From the NCBI GenBank assembly GCA_964623775.1, contig CAZUVH010000001.1:284784-348783 (forward strand): a DNA stretch of 64,000 nt, given 5' to 3'. How positions within the stretch are numbered: the first letter of the stretch is position 1; the number at the start of each line of letters is the position of its first letter. The position numbers were made by a program, and so were the translations under genes. The DNA comes from an uncultured Candidatus Saccharibacteria bacterium (lineage in GTDB: Bacteria > Patescibacteriota > Minisyncoccia > Phycocordibacterales > UBA2100). The notes beneath the pieces were generated by a model that saw nothing but the letters and a program-made list of their open reading frames with translations, had not been told where the DNA came from and made no database searches. This document shows positions 18,331-28,204 of this stretch, in pieces.

Positions 18331-19014
18331 ATGGCAATCACCATAACGCACAAAGACCCGAACGATGAGACCTCTCCGGCAATGTTTGGAGCACAGGAGC
18401 TGCTTTCGTACGGGAAAACAGCGCGTTTTTCCGAACTCGTGCTGGAGTCGCTCATGGGAGAAAAACCGAGCGACGAGCAGAAACGCATGTTTGATCTCAT
18501 TCTCAATCTTTGTTTTGATCACGGACCAAATTCTCCATCATCTTCGGCAACGATTGCTGCTGCAAAAGAGGGCAAGAGCATGGGGGAAGCGGTTGCTGCG
18601 GGCATTGCACAGATCAACGATAGTCACGGCGGAGCAGGCGAACCGCTCATGAAGATTTTATATTCGATTCAGAGGAGCGAAACGACCGCTCCCGAAATTG
18701 TCGGACAGTATAAAAAAGATGGAAAAAGAATGCCCGGCTATGGCCACAGGGTGTATAAAGACGCTGATCCCAGGGCGCAAGAGCTACTGGCAGAGGTTCG
18801 AAAAATTTCTCACGGCGGCGACTTTGCTGATTATGCCGAAGAAATCCGAAAAGAGATCGAGAATCAGCTCGGAAAAAAATTGCCCATTAATATTGATGGC
18901 GCAATCGCGGTGACACTTTGCGCGCTCGGGATGCCTCCGGAGAGCGGAAAAGCGGTATTCATTGTCGCACGTTCGGCGGGTCTCTGCGCCCACTTCCTCA
19001 ACAACTCGAAATAG
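18331..19014 (+). CDS. Citryl-CoA lyase (citrate synthase-like fold)
   Basis: DHGP, HGGA, PGYGHRVYK..DPR, PINIDG, RSAG. Confidence 0.85.
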   Translation: MAITITHKDPNDETSPAMFGAQELLSYGKTARFSELVLESLMGEKPSDEQKRMFDLILNLCFDHGPNSPSSSATIAAAKEGKSMGEAVAAGIAQINDSHGGAGEPLMKILYSIQRSETTAPEIVGQYKKDGKRMPGYGHRVYKDADPRAQELLAEVRKISHGGDFADYAEEIRKEIENQLGKKLPINIDGAIAVTLCALGMPPESGKAVFIVARSAGLCAHFLNNSK

Positions 19015-19074
19015 CGCCCCCGCGTATATTTCCTGGTATTGGCGCACCGCTGTCTCAAGGTGTATTCTCATTAG

Positions 19075-20394
19075 ATGAGAGGAAAGGGAATAAAAAAGTC
19101 TGAGGCCCTCTGGAAAAAGGCACAAAAAGTCGTTCATGGCAGCGTACCGCTCCTGTCTAAAAAGCCGACGCGTTTTTTGCGCGAAGGGTGGCCCGCGTAT
19201 TTCAAAAAGGCAAAAGGAATTCAGGTAACTGATCTTGATGGCAATACATACCTAGATTTTTCTATGATGGGTGTCGGACCAAATCTTCTCGGGTATGCAG
19301 ATGGTGACGTAAATGCTGCGGTCAAAAAAATAGTTGATGCTGGAAATCAGTCGACACTGAATTCACCGGAAGAAGTGGAGCTTGCTGAAGAATTGCTGCG
19401 CCTGCATCCGTGGGCAGGTCAGGTGCGTTATGCGCGTGCAGGCGGTGAAATGGCCGCTGTTGCTATCCGTGTCGCTCGCGCACACACTGGCAAGGATACA
19501 GTCGCTATTTGCGGATACAGCGGCTGGCACGACTGGTATCTCGCCGCAAATCTAGCGAAAGACAAAAATCTTGATGGCCACCTCATGCCGGGGTTACAGC
19601 CAGTGGGAGTGCCTCGCGGATTGCACGGTACTGTGCTCACCTTCAATTACAACCACATCGAAGAGCTCGAAAAAATAGTTGCAGAGCATGAAATCGGCAC
19701 TATTGCTATGGAACCAATGCGTCATCACGAACCGGAAAATGGGTTTCTTCAAAAAGTGCGTGAAATAGCGGATCGGATCGGTGCTGTACTTATCTTCGAC
19801 GAAATATCTTCCGGTTTTCGACTCGGCTTTCCAGGTGCACATACGCGGCTCGGAGTTACTCCCGATATTGTGGTTTACAGTAAGGCGATGGCCAACGGAT
19901 ATCCAATGGCGGCTTTGGTCGGTAAAACTGAGATCATGAAAGAAGCGGAGGCGTCTTTCATCAGCAGTACATTCCACTCCGAGCGATTGGGACCTGCGGC
20001 TGCACTCGCAACAATTAAGAAAATGCGGAAAGTAAAAATAACCCCATACGTCGATACAATGGGCTGGAAGATCGGAAAGATCTGGCAGAGGGTAGGAAAA
20101 AAATACAATTTACCTATTATCGTAGAGGGCCCGGGTGCGCTTATTAATTTCACCTTCGATCACCCCGACGCCACTGCACTTAAGGCCCTCTATACGCAAG
20201 AAATGCTGAAAGAAGGCTATCTCGCCAGCGCAGTCATATACGTAAGTTATGCTCACAAAGAGGCGCATCTTAAGAGTTTTGAAAAGGCGGTTGACCGCGT
20301 GTTCAAATTCCTTACAGAACGCATAGACCAAAAAGACGTCTCCCGGCATCTGAAAGGGGGTTTGCCGGAATCCGGATTTAAGCGACTCACCTAA
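19075..20394 (+). CDS. Class III aminotransferase (glutamate-1-semialdehyde aminomutase-like, glycan-locus type)
   Basis: LLSK, WPAYF, DLDGNTYLD, GWHDWY, FDEISSGFR, SKAMANG. Confidence 0.85.
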   Translation: MRGKGIKKSEALWKKAQKVVHGSVPLLSKKPTRFLREGWPAYFKKAKGIQVTDLDGNTYLDFSMMGVGPNLLGYADGDVNAAVKKIVDAGNQSTLNSPEEVELAEELLRLHPWAGQVRYARAGGEMAAVAIRVARAHTGKDTVAICGYSGWHDWYLAANLAKDKNLDGHLMPGLQPVGVPRGLHGTVLTFNYNHIEELEKIVAEHEIGTIAMEPMRHHEPENGFLQKVREIADRIGAVLIFDEISSGFRLGFPGAHTRLGVTPDIVVYSKAMANGYPMAALVGKTEIMKEAEASFISSTFHSERLGPAAALATIKKMRKVKITPYVDTMGWKIGKIWQRVGKKYNLPIIVEGPGALINFTFDHPDATALKALYTQEMLKEGYLASAVIYVSYAHKEAHLKSFEKAVDRVFKFLTERIDQKDVSRHLKGGLPESGFKRLT

Positions 20395-20447
20395 GACCCT
20401 TCAGTTACGTTTGAAATGGGGACCCTAATGCTATATAGTGCTTCTCT

Positions 20448-21437
20448 ATGAACTCTAAACACCTCGCAGGGAAGAATATTCTCATAACGGGAGGTACCGG
20501 TACCTTTGGTACTGCGATGACTCGGCACCTTTTGGATACGACCGACGTACGGAGGGTGACTATTTTCAGCAGAGATGAATACAAGCAGAGCGTGATGGCG
20601 GGAAATTTTGGTAACGATCCGAGGCTCAATTTTTTTCTTGGTGATATTCGTGACGCTGCTCGATTGCGTCGCGCTTTCAATCAAATCGATATCGTCATAC
20701 ATGCCGCAGCTCTTAAGCAGGTTCCTGCGCTCGAATATAATCCGACCGAAGCGATTGATACAAACATCACAGGAACGAAAAATGTGATCGATGCCGCGCT
20801 TGATCGAGATGTCGAACGCGTACTCGTTGTTTCCAGCGACAAGGCCGTCCAGCCCGTCAATCTCTATGGCGCTACAAAAATGTGCGCGGAACGCTTGGCA
20901 ATCGCGGCGAACGTATACCGGGGTAAAAAAGGAAAGACGCGTATCAGTGCAGTGCGCTATGGCAACGTGATCGGAAGTCGCGGGTCGCTCATAGAGCTTA
21001 TTGAGAAACAGAGGGCAAGCGGCGTACTGCCACTCACCGATCCGCGTATGACGCGTTTCTGGCTCCATATCGGTGACGTGATGGGACTAGTTACGGAAAT
21101 ACTCGCCATTATGGAAGGTGGCGAGATCTTCGTCCCGAAAATGAAAAGTCTTCGCGTCGAAGATGTGATGCGCGTCGTAGCGCCTGAGTGCAAGATCAAG
21201 GTTGTCGGTATGCGACCCGGAGAAAAGTTGCACGAAACCCTCGTTACAGAGCACGAGGCCACCCGAACCAAAGATATTGGAAATCTCTATGTTGTTTTGC
21301 CGGAATTTCATTCATGGAGCTCGAAAGTTTCAATTTTCGCAAATAAGAGGTCGTTTGACGCAAAGGAGATATACGTGAGCAACAATGAAAAGTATCTGCT
21401 TGGACAAAAGGACGTAAAAAAGATACTCAAACTATAG
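20448..21437 (+). CDS. pseB: UDP-N-acetylglucosamine 4,6-dehydratase (inverting)
   Basis: TGGTGTFG, FSRDEYKQ, HAAALKQVP, DKA..PVNLYGATK, RYGNVIGSRGS, MTRFW, RPGEKLHE. Confidence 0.9.
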   Translation: MNSKHLAGKNILITGGTGTFGTAMTRHLLDTTDVRRVTIFSRDEYKQSVMAGNFGNDPRLNFFLGDIRDAARLRRAFNQIDIVIHAAALKQVPALEYNPTEAIDTNITGTKNVIDAALDRDVERVLVVSSDKAVQPVNLYGATKMCAERLAIAANVYRGKKGKTRISAVRYGNVIGSRGSLIELIEKQRASGVLPLTDPRMTRFWLHIGDVMGLVTEILAIMEGGEIFVPKMKSLRVEDVMRVVAPECKIKVVGMRPGEKLHETLVTEHEATRTKDIGNLYVVLPEFHSWSSKVSIFANKRSFDAKEIYVSNNEKYLLGQKDVKKILKL

Positions 21438-21475
21438 TTGTTTCGTGATAAGTGGTAGTGCGATACTATCCTGAT

Positions 21476-22396
21476 ATGGCGGATCGGAAATCAAAGCTCG
21501 TACTCGGTACGGTGCAGCTCGGGATGCCGTACGGCGTCAACAACGCTACGGGCCAGCCGTCGATAGACGAAGCCTTTTCAATACTTGATATGGCTTTTGA
21601 CGCGGGGATCGATACTTTCGATACCGCATATGCATACGGGAACTCCGAAGAGGTGATCGGAAAGTGGCTTGTAAACCGGGGTAAAAGAGGTGTGCGCGTC
21701 ATTACGAAATTCATGCCGACCGCGCTCGCTGAAAATCAGCAGGCCTCGCCAGCCGACATCATCGAAGGACAGCTACATACATCTTTGAAACGACTCGGAG
21801 TAGAAAGCGTGGAGGGTTACTTACTCCCCACGCCTCAGTATCTCTATTCGGCTGGCGTAATCGAAGGTCTGCGACACGTAAAAGCCCGGGGCCTTACGCG
21901 CAATATTGGTGTGTCGATTTACGATGAAGAGGACGCTCTCAAGGTTGTTGATATGGGAATCGATTACATTCAAATTTCTTACAATGCGCTTGATCAACGT
22001 CTTGATAAAACAGATTTCTTCCAAAGGGCAGAGCGCAGGGGTGTTACCGTTTTTGCGCGAGGGCCATTTCTTCAGGGACTCCTCCTGATGGACCCTGAAC
22101 AAATCCCTCAGCATCTACTCTACACAAAGGAATACGTAGTTCGTTTTCGAGCGATCGCCCAGAGTCATGCACTTACTCCACACCAGGCAGCACTCATGTT
22201 CGTCTACCGCCAACCAGGTATTGCCCGGATTGTTTTTGGTGTGGAGAAGTTGACGCAACTCGAGGAGGGTCTTGAGTCGGTCAAAATGGCTGAGAAAAGT
22301 TCAGACGACAATCTCGTAGCGGAAATTAGAAACGCGTTTAAGAACATTGACCGCTCAGTGGTCAATCCAACTTTATGGAACAAAAAAAAGAATTAA
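21476..22396 (+). CDS. Aldo/keto reductase
   Basis: LGTVQLGMPYG, DTAYAYGNSE, GVSIY, FLQGLL. Confidence 0.85.
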   Translation: MADRKSKLVLGTVQLGMPYGVNNATGQPSIDEAFSILDMAFDAGIDTFDTAYAYGNSEEVIGKWLVNRGKRGVRVITKFMPTALAENQQASPADIIEGQLHTSLKRLGVESVEGYLLPTPQYLYSAGVIEGLRHVKARGLTRNIGVSIYDEEDALKVVDMGIDYIQISYNALDQRLDKTDFFQRAERRGVTVFARGPFLQGLLLMDPEQIPQHLLYTKEYVVRFRAIAQSHALTPHQAALMFVYRQPGIARIVFGVEKLTQLEEGLESVKMAEKSSDDNLVAEIRNAFKNIDRSVVNPTLWNKKKN

Positions 22397-22401
22397 GATC
22401 C

Positions 22402-22956
22402 ATGATCGTCGTGCTCGCCTCTGATATTAAAAAAGAGGGTAATTTGTGGGCGCTCGACGAATGGTCGCTCATAAGAGTAGCGGCGGGCGAATGCTTCTAT
22501 AAGAAAGACCCATCGGACCGCGTGATTGTCGTAGGGGGCGGCAGCCCAGGCGACGACCGACCGACGGTGGCCTCTCTCATGAGCCGATATCTCATTGATA
22601 AGGGAGTACCTGAGTCGGCAATAGTGTCTGAAGATACCTCTCTCTCGACGTTGCAGGAGTTGCTGCAAGTGCAAGGTTTTACTGAGGAGACGGGGCCGAA
22701 AGACATCAGTATAATCTCAAGTGAGTGGCATTTAGAGAGAGTTAGAGCCATACTTGAGTACTTTCCAAAGCTCTCAACGCTGAATAAGTCTGCGCCAAGT
22801 TTTCTTGCCGCCGAAGATATACTTTTGCGCGAAAACCCAGTCGAATGGGAAAACTTTATCGAAAAATCACGTAAAAATCCAGAGACGGAAACTCGGCGAG
22901 CCAATGAAAAAAAGGGCGTCGCTCAAATTATCGACGGGACCTATCACTACCGATAG
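22402..22956 (+). CDS. YdcF/ElyC/SanA (DUF218) family protein
   Basis: VVGGG, M..YL...GVP...I..E..S.ST, SSEWHLER. Confidence 0.7.
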   Translation: MIVVLASDIKKEGNLWALDEWSLIRVAAGECFYKKDPSDRVIVVGGGSPGDDRPTVASLMSRYLIDKGVPESAIVSEDTSLSTLQELLQVQGFTEETGPKDISIISSEWHLERVRAILEYFPKLSTLNKSAPSFLAAEDILLRENPVEWENFIEKSRKNPETETRRANEKKGVAQIIDGTYHYR

Positions 22957-22985
22957 CGCCAATTTACCGGACTCGCAATCAAGTT

Positions 22986-23744
22986 CTATTTCCGGATACC
23001 TTGTCGCGGATATTCTTTTTCATGCAGCGTATTGAGCGCAGCAACATTGGGATTTTGGTCGAGAAATTCTATTACGTCAGGGACGCTGATGATGCGATTT
23101 GACGTAGAGAATCGATCATAGAGCTTCGAAATAAGTTCATAATCTTCCTGATAGTCGAGGGTGAGCCGATATTGTGGACGCGCAAAAATTCCGCGTGCTT
23201 CTACCATCTTCCCGATGCGGAATTCACCCGTTTTGTTTTCATGAATATAAGGGGTCACATGTTCTCGTTCATAGATCTCCCGAGCCTCGGTACACGCCTT
23301 CTCAAGCGCCTTGAATGAAAAGACCTCACAGTCCAATCCGCGCGGAAACGTACGTTCTCCGGGGAGGGCGTTGCTTACGTAATCACATTTCCCATGTTTG
23401 TACACGTCTATGACCTCGGTGATGATACTGGGGTCGAGAAGGGGGCAGTCGCTAGTGATCCGTACGATAGTTTCAATTTTAAATTGCTGTGCAGCGTCGA
23501 AATAGCGCGAAAGAACGTCGTCTCGCGATCCGCGAAAACAAGAATATCTGTTTCGCGAGCAAAAATCGGCAATCGCGTCATCTTCTGTCTCAGTGGTCGT
23601 CGCTACAATGACGGAGTCGATGCCGCGTACCTGTTTGACGCGTTCAATGACATGCTGGAGTACCGGCTTGCCTGCAAGTGATAAAAGCACTTTGCCTGGA
23701 AGACGCGTGGAACTCATGCGAGCTTGGATGATGACTCCGATCAT
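22986..23744 (-). CDS. SpsF/PseF-like acylneuraminate cytidylyltransferase family protein
   Basis: IIQARMSSTRLPGKVL, RGSRDDVLSRY, RITSDCP, REHVT, RLTLDY; start at ATG 23744. Confidence 0.85.
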   Translation of the reverse strand: MIGVIIQARMSSTRLPGKVLLSLAGKPVLQHVIERVKQVRGIDSVIVATTTETEDDAIADFCSRNRYSCFRGSRDDVLSRYFDAAQQFKIETIVRITSDCPLLDPSIITEVIDVYKHGKCDYVSNALPGERTFPRGLDCEVFSFKALEKACTEAREIYEREHVTPYIHENKTGEFRIGKMVEARGIFARPQYRLTLDYQEDYELISKLYDRFSTSNRIISVPDVIEFLDQNPNVAALNTLHEKEYPRQGIRK

Positions 23745-23805
23745 GTTGTCACTATATATCCCGAAGCACCTTAGCAAAAGTACACTTGCAAGAGCGGTTA
23801 AATTA

Positions 23806-23834
23806 TTGACAGCATCTACACTGTCCGCTAACGT
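23806..23834 (+). promoter_or_regulatory. Sigma70-type promoter directly upstream of a start codon
   Basis: TTGACA-17 nt-TAACGT, then 6 nt to ATG 23841. Confidence 0.6.
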
Positions 23835-23840
23835 CACCCT

Positions 23841-24584
23841 ATGTTGACCGCTATAGTGCAGGCGAGGATGTCCTCGACAAGACTCCCCGGGAAAGTTCTA
23901 AAAGAAGTCCACAATAGGCCACTACTTTCCTACCTCATTGAGCGTTTACAGAGGGTGTCTGAAATAGAGAAGATCGTCGTAGCAACCACTGATAGTGTCG
24001 CTGATGATGCGATCGCCGAGTACTGCAAAAAAAATGGAATTTCTGTTTTCCGTGGATCGGAAAACGATGTACTCGATCGTTACATGAAGGCTGCCATGGA
24101 ATACAGCGCAAATCCCATAGTCCGCATCACAGGTGATTGCCCACTACTTGATGTTGATACGGTGCAAAAGCTGATCGAAGTGTATAAAAAAGGTGGGGTC
24201 GATTATGTGGTGACGGGGCAGTCTTTTACTGAGGGATTTGATTGTGAAATTTTTTCCCAAAAAATGCTCGAACTCTCTCATGTAAATGCCACAAAGTCGT
24301 CCGAGCGCGAACATGCAACACTGTATATGTACACTCATCCCGAGGTGTGTAGAAAATTCATCCTTGAAAATTCAACAGACGACAGTAGTTACCGCGTGAC
24401 AGTCGACGAACCGGAGGACTTTGCTGTGGTGAAAACTATCATTGAAGGTATCTATCCGAATAATTCAGAATTCACCGCAGGCGACATTAAAAATTTTTTA
24501 GACTCCCACCCTGAGATCAGAGACCTTAATAAGGGCATTGTTCGGAATGAAGGTCTCCTTAAATCGCTAGCAGATGAGAAGTAA
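23841..24584 (+). CDS. SpsF/PseF-like cytidylyltransferase family protein (second paralog)
   Basis: IVQARMSSTRLPGKVL, RGSENDVLDRY, RITGDCP, REHAT, RVTVDEPED. Confidence 0.85.
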   Translation: MLTAIVQARMSSTRLPGKVLKEVHNRPLLSYLIERLQRVSEIEKIVVATTDSVADDAIAEYCKKNGISVFRGSENDVLDRYMKAAMEYSANPIVRITGDCPLLDVDTVQKLIEVYKKGGVDYVVTGQSFTEGFDCEIFSQKMLELSHVNATKSSEREHATLYMYTHPEVCRKFILENSTDDSSYRVTVDEPEDFAVVKTIIEGIYPNNSEFTAGDIKNFLDSHPEIRDLNKGIVRNEGLLKSLADEK

Positions 24585-24594
24585 TTGAAATTTC

Positions 24595-25749
24595 ATGAGT
24601 ATGAAAGAAATCCAATATCGAGATCGCTCTTGTGATTGCTGTGGAAGCGTAGATCTGGAAAAGGTGTGGGACTATACTTACAATGCAAGAACAAAAAATG
24701 AGACGTACTTATGGCAAGTCACGAATGTCATTTGCCAGCATTGTGGTTTCGCGTTCGTCTCTCCGGTCCCTAAGCAGGAGAGCCTTGCTGATTATTACGC
24801 CAACTCCTTTGTTTCGCAGCAGGCGGAATTTTATTATTCCATCTCAAAAAGAGTCCAGCTCATCCGTAAATACACACCCTTGAGAAGGAGATCGCTTTTT
24901 GTCGAGGTGGGAAGCAACAATGACACGAAATTCCAAGAGGAATTAACAAAAGTAGTTGAGTATCACAATGTGGAGATCAATAAAAGCGCAGAAGCAGACT
25001 CTCGATCACTCACTGAGATATTGCCAAATAGCGTTGATATTGCAGCATTGTATTTTGTACTTGAACATATTCCCGACCTGAAAAATTTTCTCGTACAGTG
25101 CAGTGTAGTGTTGAAAGAACACGGAATATTGATCATTGAAGTGCCAGACGCATCCTTGTATGACGAGAGAAATGAAGGCCTTGTATTATGGGAGCACACA
25201 AATCATTTCACACCAAAGACGCTTGAGTATGTAGCCAGTCTCAACGGATTGCAGCTCCTCGAAGCGGGGCATGAGGCGTGCTCAAGAGATTTCGGATTTG
25301 CAGCCGTTTTTGAAAAAAAGACCGGGCCTATCGAGGTTCAAAAACCAGGTGCAGAAGAATACAGAAACACGTTATCGAAAATGCGCGCGGGCGTTAAGAA
25401 ATATGAAATTCGAAACGAAAAACTCAACGAGGTGAGACGCAAGATTGCCGCCACCGCAATCGCGGGAAAAAAAGTAACTTTGTGGGGCGCAACGAGTGTG
25501 TGCCAGGATCTTTTGAGCGGTTATGAATTACCGGAGTCCGTTTCCGTCGTGGACTCTGCTTTGCAAAAGAAGGATTTTTTGTCCGATAAGGGTGTTCAGG
25601 TGCGTTTACCGCAAGACGCATTTGCGCATATCGCGGAGACGGATCTTTTCGTAATAAACACGCAAGATTATAAAGAGGATATCCTTAATGACATCAAAAA
25701 AATGACAGGCAGGACATTAAATGAAAGTGAGTATATAGTGGTCAAATAA
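24595..25749 (+). CDS. SAM methyltransferase with Cys motif and C-methyltransferase-like C-terminal domain
   Basis: CDCC...CQHC, VEVGS, VLEHIPD, IEVPD, EHTNHF, LWGA. Confidence 0.75.
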   Translation: MSMKEIQYRDRSCDCCGSVDLEKVWDYTYNARTKNETYLWQVTNVICQHCGFAFVSPVPKQESLADYYANSFVSQQAEFYYSISKRVQLIRKYTPLRRRSLFVEVGSNNDTKFQEELTKVVEYHNVEINKSAEADSRSLTEILPNSVDIAALYFVLEHIPDLKNFLVQCSVVLKEHGILIIEVPDASLYDERNEGLVLWEHTNHFTPKTLEYVASLNGLQLLEAGHEACSRDFGFAAVFEKKTGPIEVQKPGAEEYRNTLSKMRAGVKKYEIRNEKLNEVRRKIAATAIAGKKVTLWGATSVCQDLLSGYELPESVSVVDSALQKKDFLSDKGVQVRLPQDAFAHIAETDLFVINTQDYKEDILNDIKKMTGRTLNESEYIVVK

Positions 25750-25769
25750 GGCTGAAATTTCGCTACCAT

Positions 25770-26984
25770 ATGCCCAAAAAGCGCCAAAAAAGAATACTGT
25801 TTATTGGGGCCGGTCCCTACCAAAAAAAGGGGATCGAGACTGCCAAGAAAATGGGTCTGTACGTAATCGCGGCGGATGGCAATCCCAACGCTCCAGGACT
25901 TCCCCTGGCTGATAAGGAATACGATGTCAACGTGACGGATGTAAATGCGAATTTGGAAATCGCGCGAAAGGAAAAGATCGATGGCGTATGTGCCGTAGCA
26001 TCTGATATAAGCATGCGAAGTGTCGCGACCATCAGCGAGATCCTCGGACTTCCCGGGATTTCGCGCGACGTAGCAGAAAGATGTCTTGATAAAGAGCTGA
26101 TGAGAAAGGCATTTGTCGCCGCTGGCGTCCCCTCGCCGAAGTCGTTTGCGGTCTATACAGTGCCCGAATTACTCAAAATCTCCAAACAACTTTCGTTCCC
26201 TGTTGTAATCAAGCCCTCTGACAGTGCCGGAAGCAGGGGAGTGAGAAGGGTGGATAGTCAAAAGGGTCTCAAAGACGCTTTTGAGAATGCAGTCGGACTC
26301 TCCTCGCAAAAAAAGGTGATTATCGAAGAGTTCATGGAAGGTGTTGAATGTTCAGTAGAAGCGTTTGTGGTGGGAGGAGAGATCCACATAATTACACTTT
26401 CCGATAAAGTGCGGACCAAGCCGCCAATCCTCACCGACATTGAGGTCTCTTTCCCCTCGGCCTATCCTGAAAAAATTCAGAAAGAAATTATCGATGTTGC
26501 AAAGCGCGCAATACGAGCAGTGGGCGTCAAGGATGCGCCGATTCACATGGAGCTGATGATGACAAAAAGCGGTCCAGTACCTGTAGAGCTTGCAGCACGC
26601 GGCCCCGGTTTTAAATTGTTTACCGATATCATTCCGGAGGTGACCGGTATAAATGTACTGAAAGCATTGATTGACCTCTCGGTCGGAAAGAAACCTGTCC
26701 TTCGTCGTGCAAAACATAAAGCATCCGTGATCAGATTCTTCTCGACAGAGGTCGCTGGTACGGTGAAGTCAATCGAGGGCGTGGAAGAAATACGGAAAAT
26801 GCGAGGCGTATACGAAATAATCATGTATGTAAATCCAGGTGATCGGGCCCGTGCACTCACGAGCGGACAGGATCGGCTCGGACACATCATTTCTATGGCG
26901 CCGTCTCTCGCGGAAGCTCATACGGTCGTAGAGAGGGCCCTTGCGAGATTATCGATCGAGATTACACCCGATGCTAAAAAATAA
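25770..26984 (+). CDS. ATP-grasp ligase (L-amino acid ligase-like)
   Basis: DKELMRK, VVIKPSDSAGSRGV, IIEEFMEG.E.SVE, HMEL, ELAAR. Confidence 0.85.
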   Translation: MPKKRQKRILFIGAGPYQKKGIETAKKMGLYVIAADGNPNAPGLPLADKEYDVNVTDVNANLEIARKEKIDGVCAVASDISMRSVATISEILGLPGISRDVAERCLDKELMRKAFVAAGVPSPKSFAVYTVPELLKISKQLSFPVVIKPSDSAGSRGVRRVDSQKGLKDAFENAVGLSSQKKVIIEEFMEGVECSVEAFVVGGEIHIITLSDKVRTKPPILTDIEVSFPSAYPEKIQKEIIDVAKRAIRAVGVKDAPIHMELMMTKSGPVPVELAARGPGFKLFTDIIPEVTGINVLKALIDLSVGKKPVLRRAKHKASVIRFFSTEVAGTVKSIEGVEEIRKMRGVYEIIMYVNPGDRARALTSGQDRLGHIISMAPSLAEAHTVVERALARLSIEITPDAKK

Positions 26985-28164
26985 CAGCAATAAGAATTTT
27001 TTCTCCGAGCGCATCCTTCGCGTGCCGCCTTCCGGTACGATCGTATTAACCGATCGGGTACGAGAAATGAAAAAGGCTGGTGAAGATGTTGTTGATCTTA
27101 CGGTAGGGGAACCCAATTTTGATACACCCGTAGCAATAAAAGAAGCCGCTATCAGCGCGTTGAAAAAAGGCGAGACGAAATATGGCCCGAGTGCAGGGCT
27201 TTCTGAGCTGCGAAAGCTTATTGCAAAAAAGCTGCAATCAGAAAATAAAATAAATGTTGAAGAAAAAAATATATTAGTCACGCCGGGCGGCAAACAAGGA
27301 CTCGTGTATGCCTTCATGTCACTACTCAATGAGGGCGACGAAGTTGTCATCCCGGAGCCGACATGGGTAAGTTATTCTGCGATGGTCACGATCGCCGGTG
27401 GCGTACCTGTTGCGGTCGCGACTACTGAAGAGAATGGTTTTAAGGCGGACATACGAGATATTGAGTCGGCTATTACTAAACGGACGAAGCTCCTTGTCCT
27501 GGTAAATCCGGGTAATCCGACCGGAGTTCTTTATACAAAAAAGGATCTTGAGCGGATCGCAGAAGTGGTTGCCAAGCATGACCTTATTGTCGTTGCTGAT
27601 GAAATCTACGAAAAGATAGTTTTTGACAGTGTGCAATTTGTCAGTTTTGCCTCGCTTCCTGGTATGTTCCAAAGAACCGTCACCATCAATGGTTTCTCAA
27701 AGTCTCATGCGATGACTGGGTGGCGGCTCGGGTATGCGGCTGCGCCGGCGCCGATAATTGAAAAGATGCTCATCCTCCAGCAACAAATGGCGACGTGTCC
27801 GAATTCGTTCTCGCAATACGGAGCCGTGTATGCCTATTCGCACGAAATGCCTGAAGTAAAAAATATGGCCAGAGAATATGAGCGGCGTAGAAATACTTTC
27901 TACGAAGAAATAGAAAAAATACCGATGTATTCTGCATTACGACCCGAGGGATCGTTCTATTTATTTCTTAATGTTAAGAAATTCAAAAAAAATTCCCTCA
28001 GGGTAGCAGAAGAACTGCTGAAGACGGTAAAGCTTGCGACGGTGCCGGGGTCGTCATTTGGCGAGGCTGGCGAAGGGTACTTGCGACTCTCGTTCGCGAC
28101 GTCGGATAAAAACCTGAAAGAGGCAGTTTTGCGTCTGAAAAAATTCGCAGAACTCGCACATTAA
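26971..28164 (+). CDS. PLP-dependent aminotransferase class I/II (aspartate aminotransferase-like)
   Basis: GEPNFDTP, NPGNPTG, DEIYE, NGFSKSHAMTGWRLGY, RLSFA. Confidence 0.9.
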   Translation: MLKNNSNKNFFSERILRVPPSGTIVLTDRVREMKKAGEDVVDLTVGEPNFDTPVAIKEAAISALKKGETKYGPSAGLSELRKLIAKKLQSENKINVEEKNILVTPGGKQGLVYAFMSLLNEGDEVVIPEPTWVSYSAMVTIAGGVPVAVATTEENGFKADIRDIESAITKRTKLLVLVNPGNPTGVLYTKKDLERIAEVVAKHDLIVVADEIYEKIVFDSVQFVSFASLPGMFQRTVTINGFSKSHAMTGWRLGYAAAPAPIIEKMLILQQQMATCPNSFSQYGAVYAYSHEMPEVKNMAREYERRRNTFYEEIEKIPMYSALRPEGSFYLFLNVKKFKKNSLRVAEELLKTVKLATVPGSSFGEAGEGYLRLSFATSDKNLKEAVLRLKKFAELAH

Positions 28165-28204
28165 CTGGCTTTGAATATCGTCCAGACTGGACTATATTCC
28201 TTAT

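Noticed and set aside
19075-20394. hemL / tetrapyrrole biosynthesis
   Set aside because: No other hem genes; this class III aminotransferase subtype sits among nonulosonate genes.
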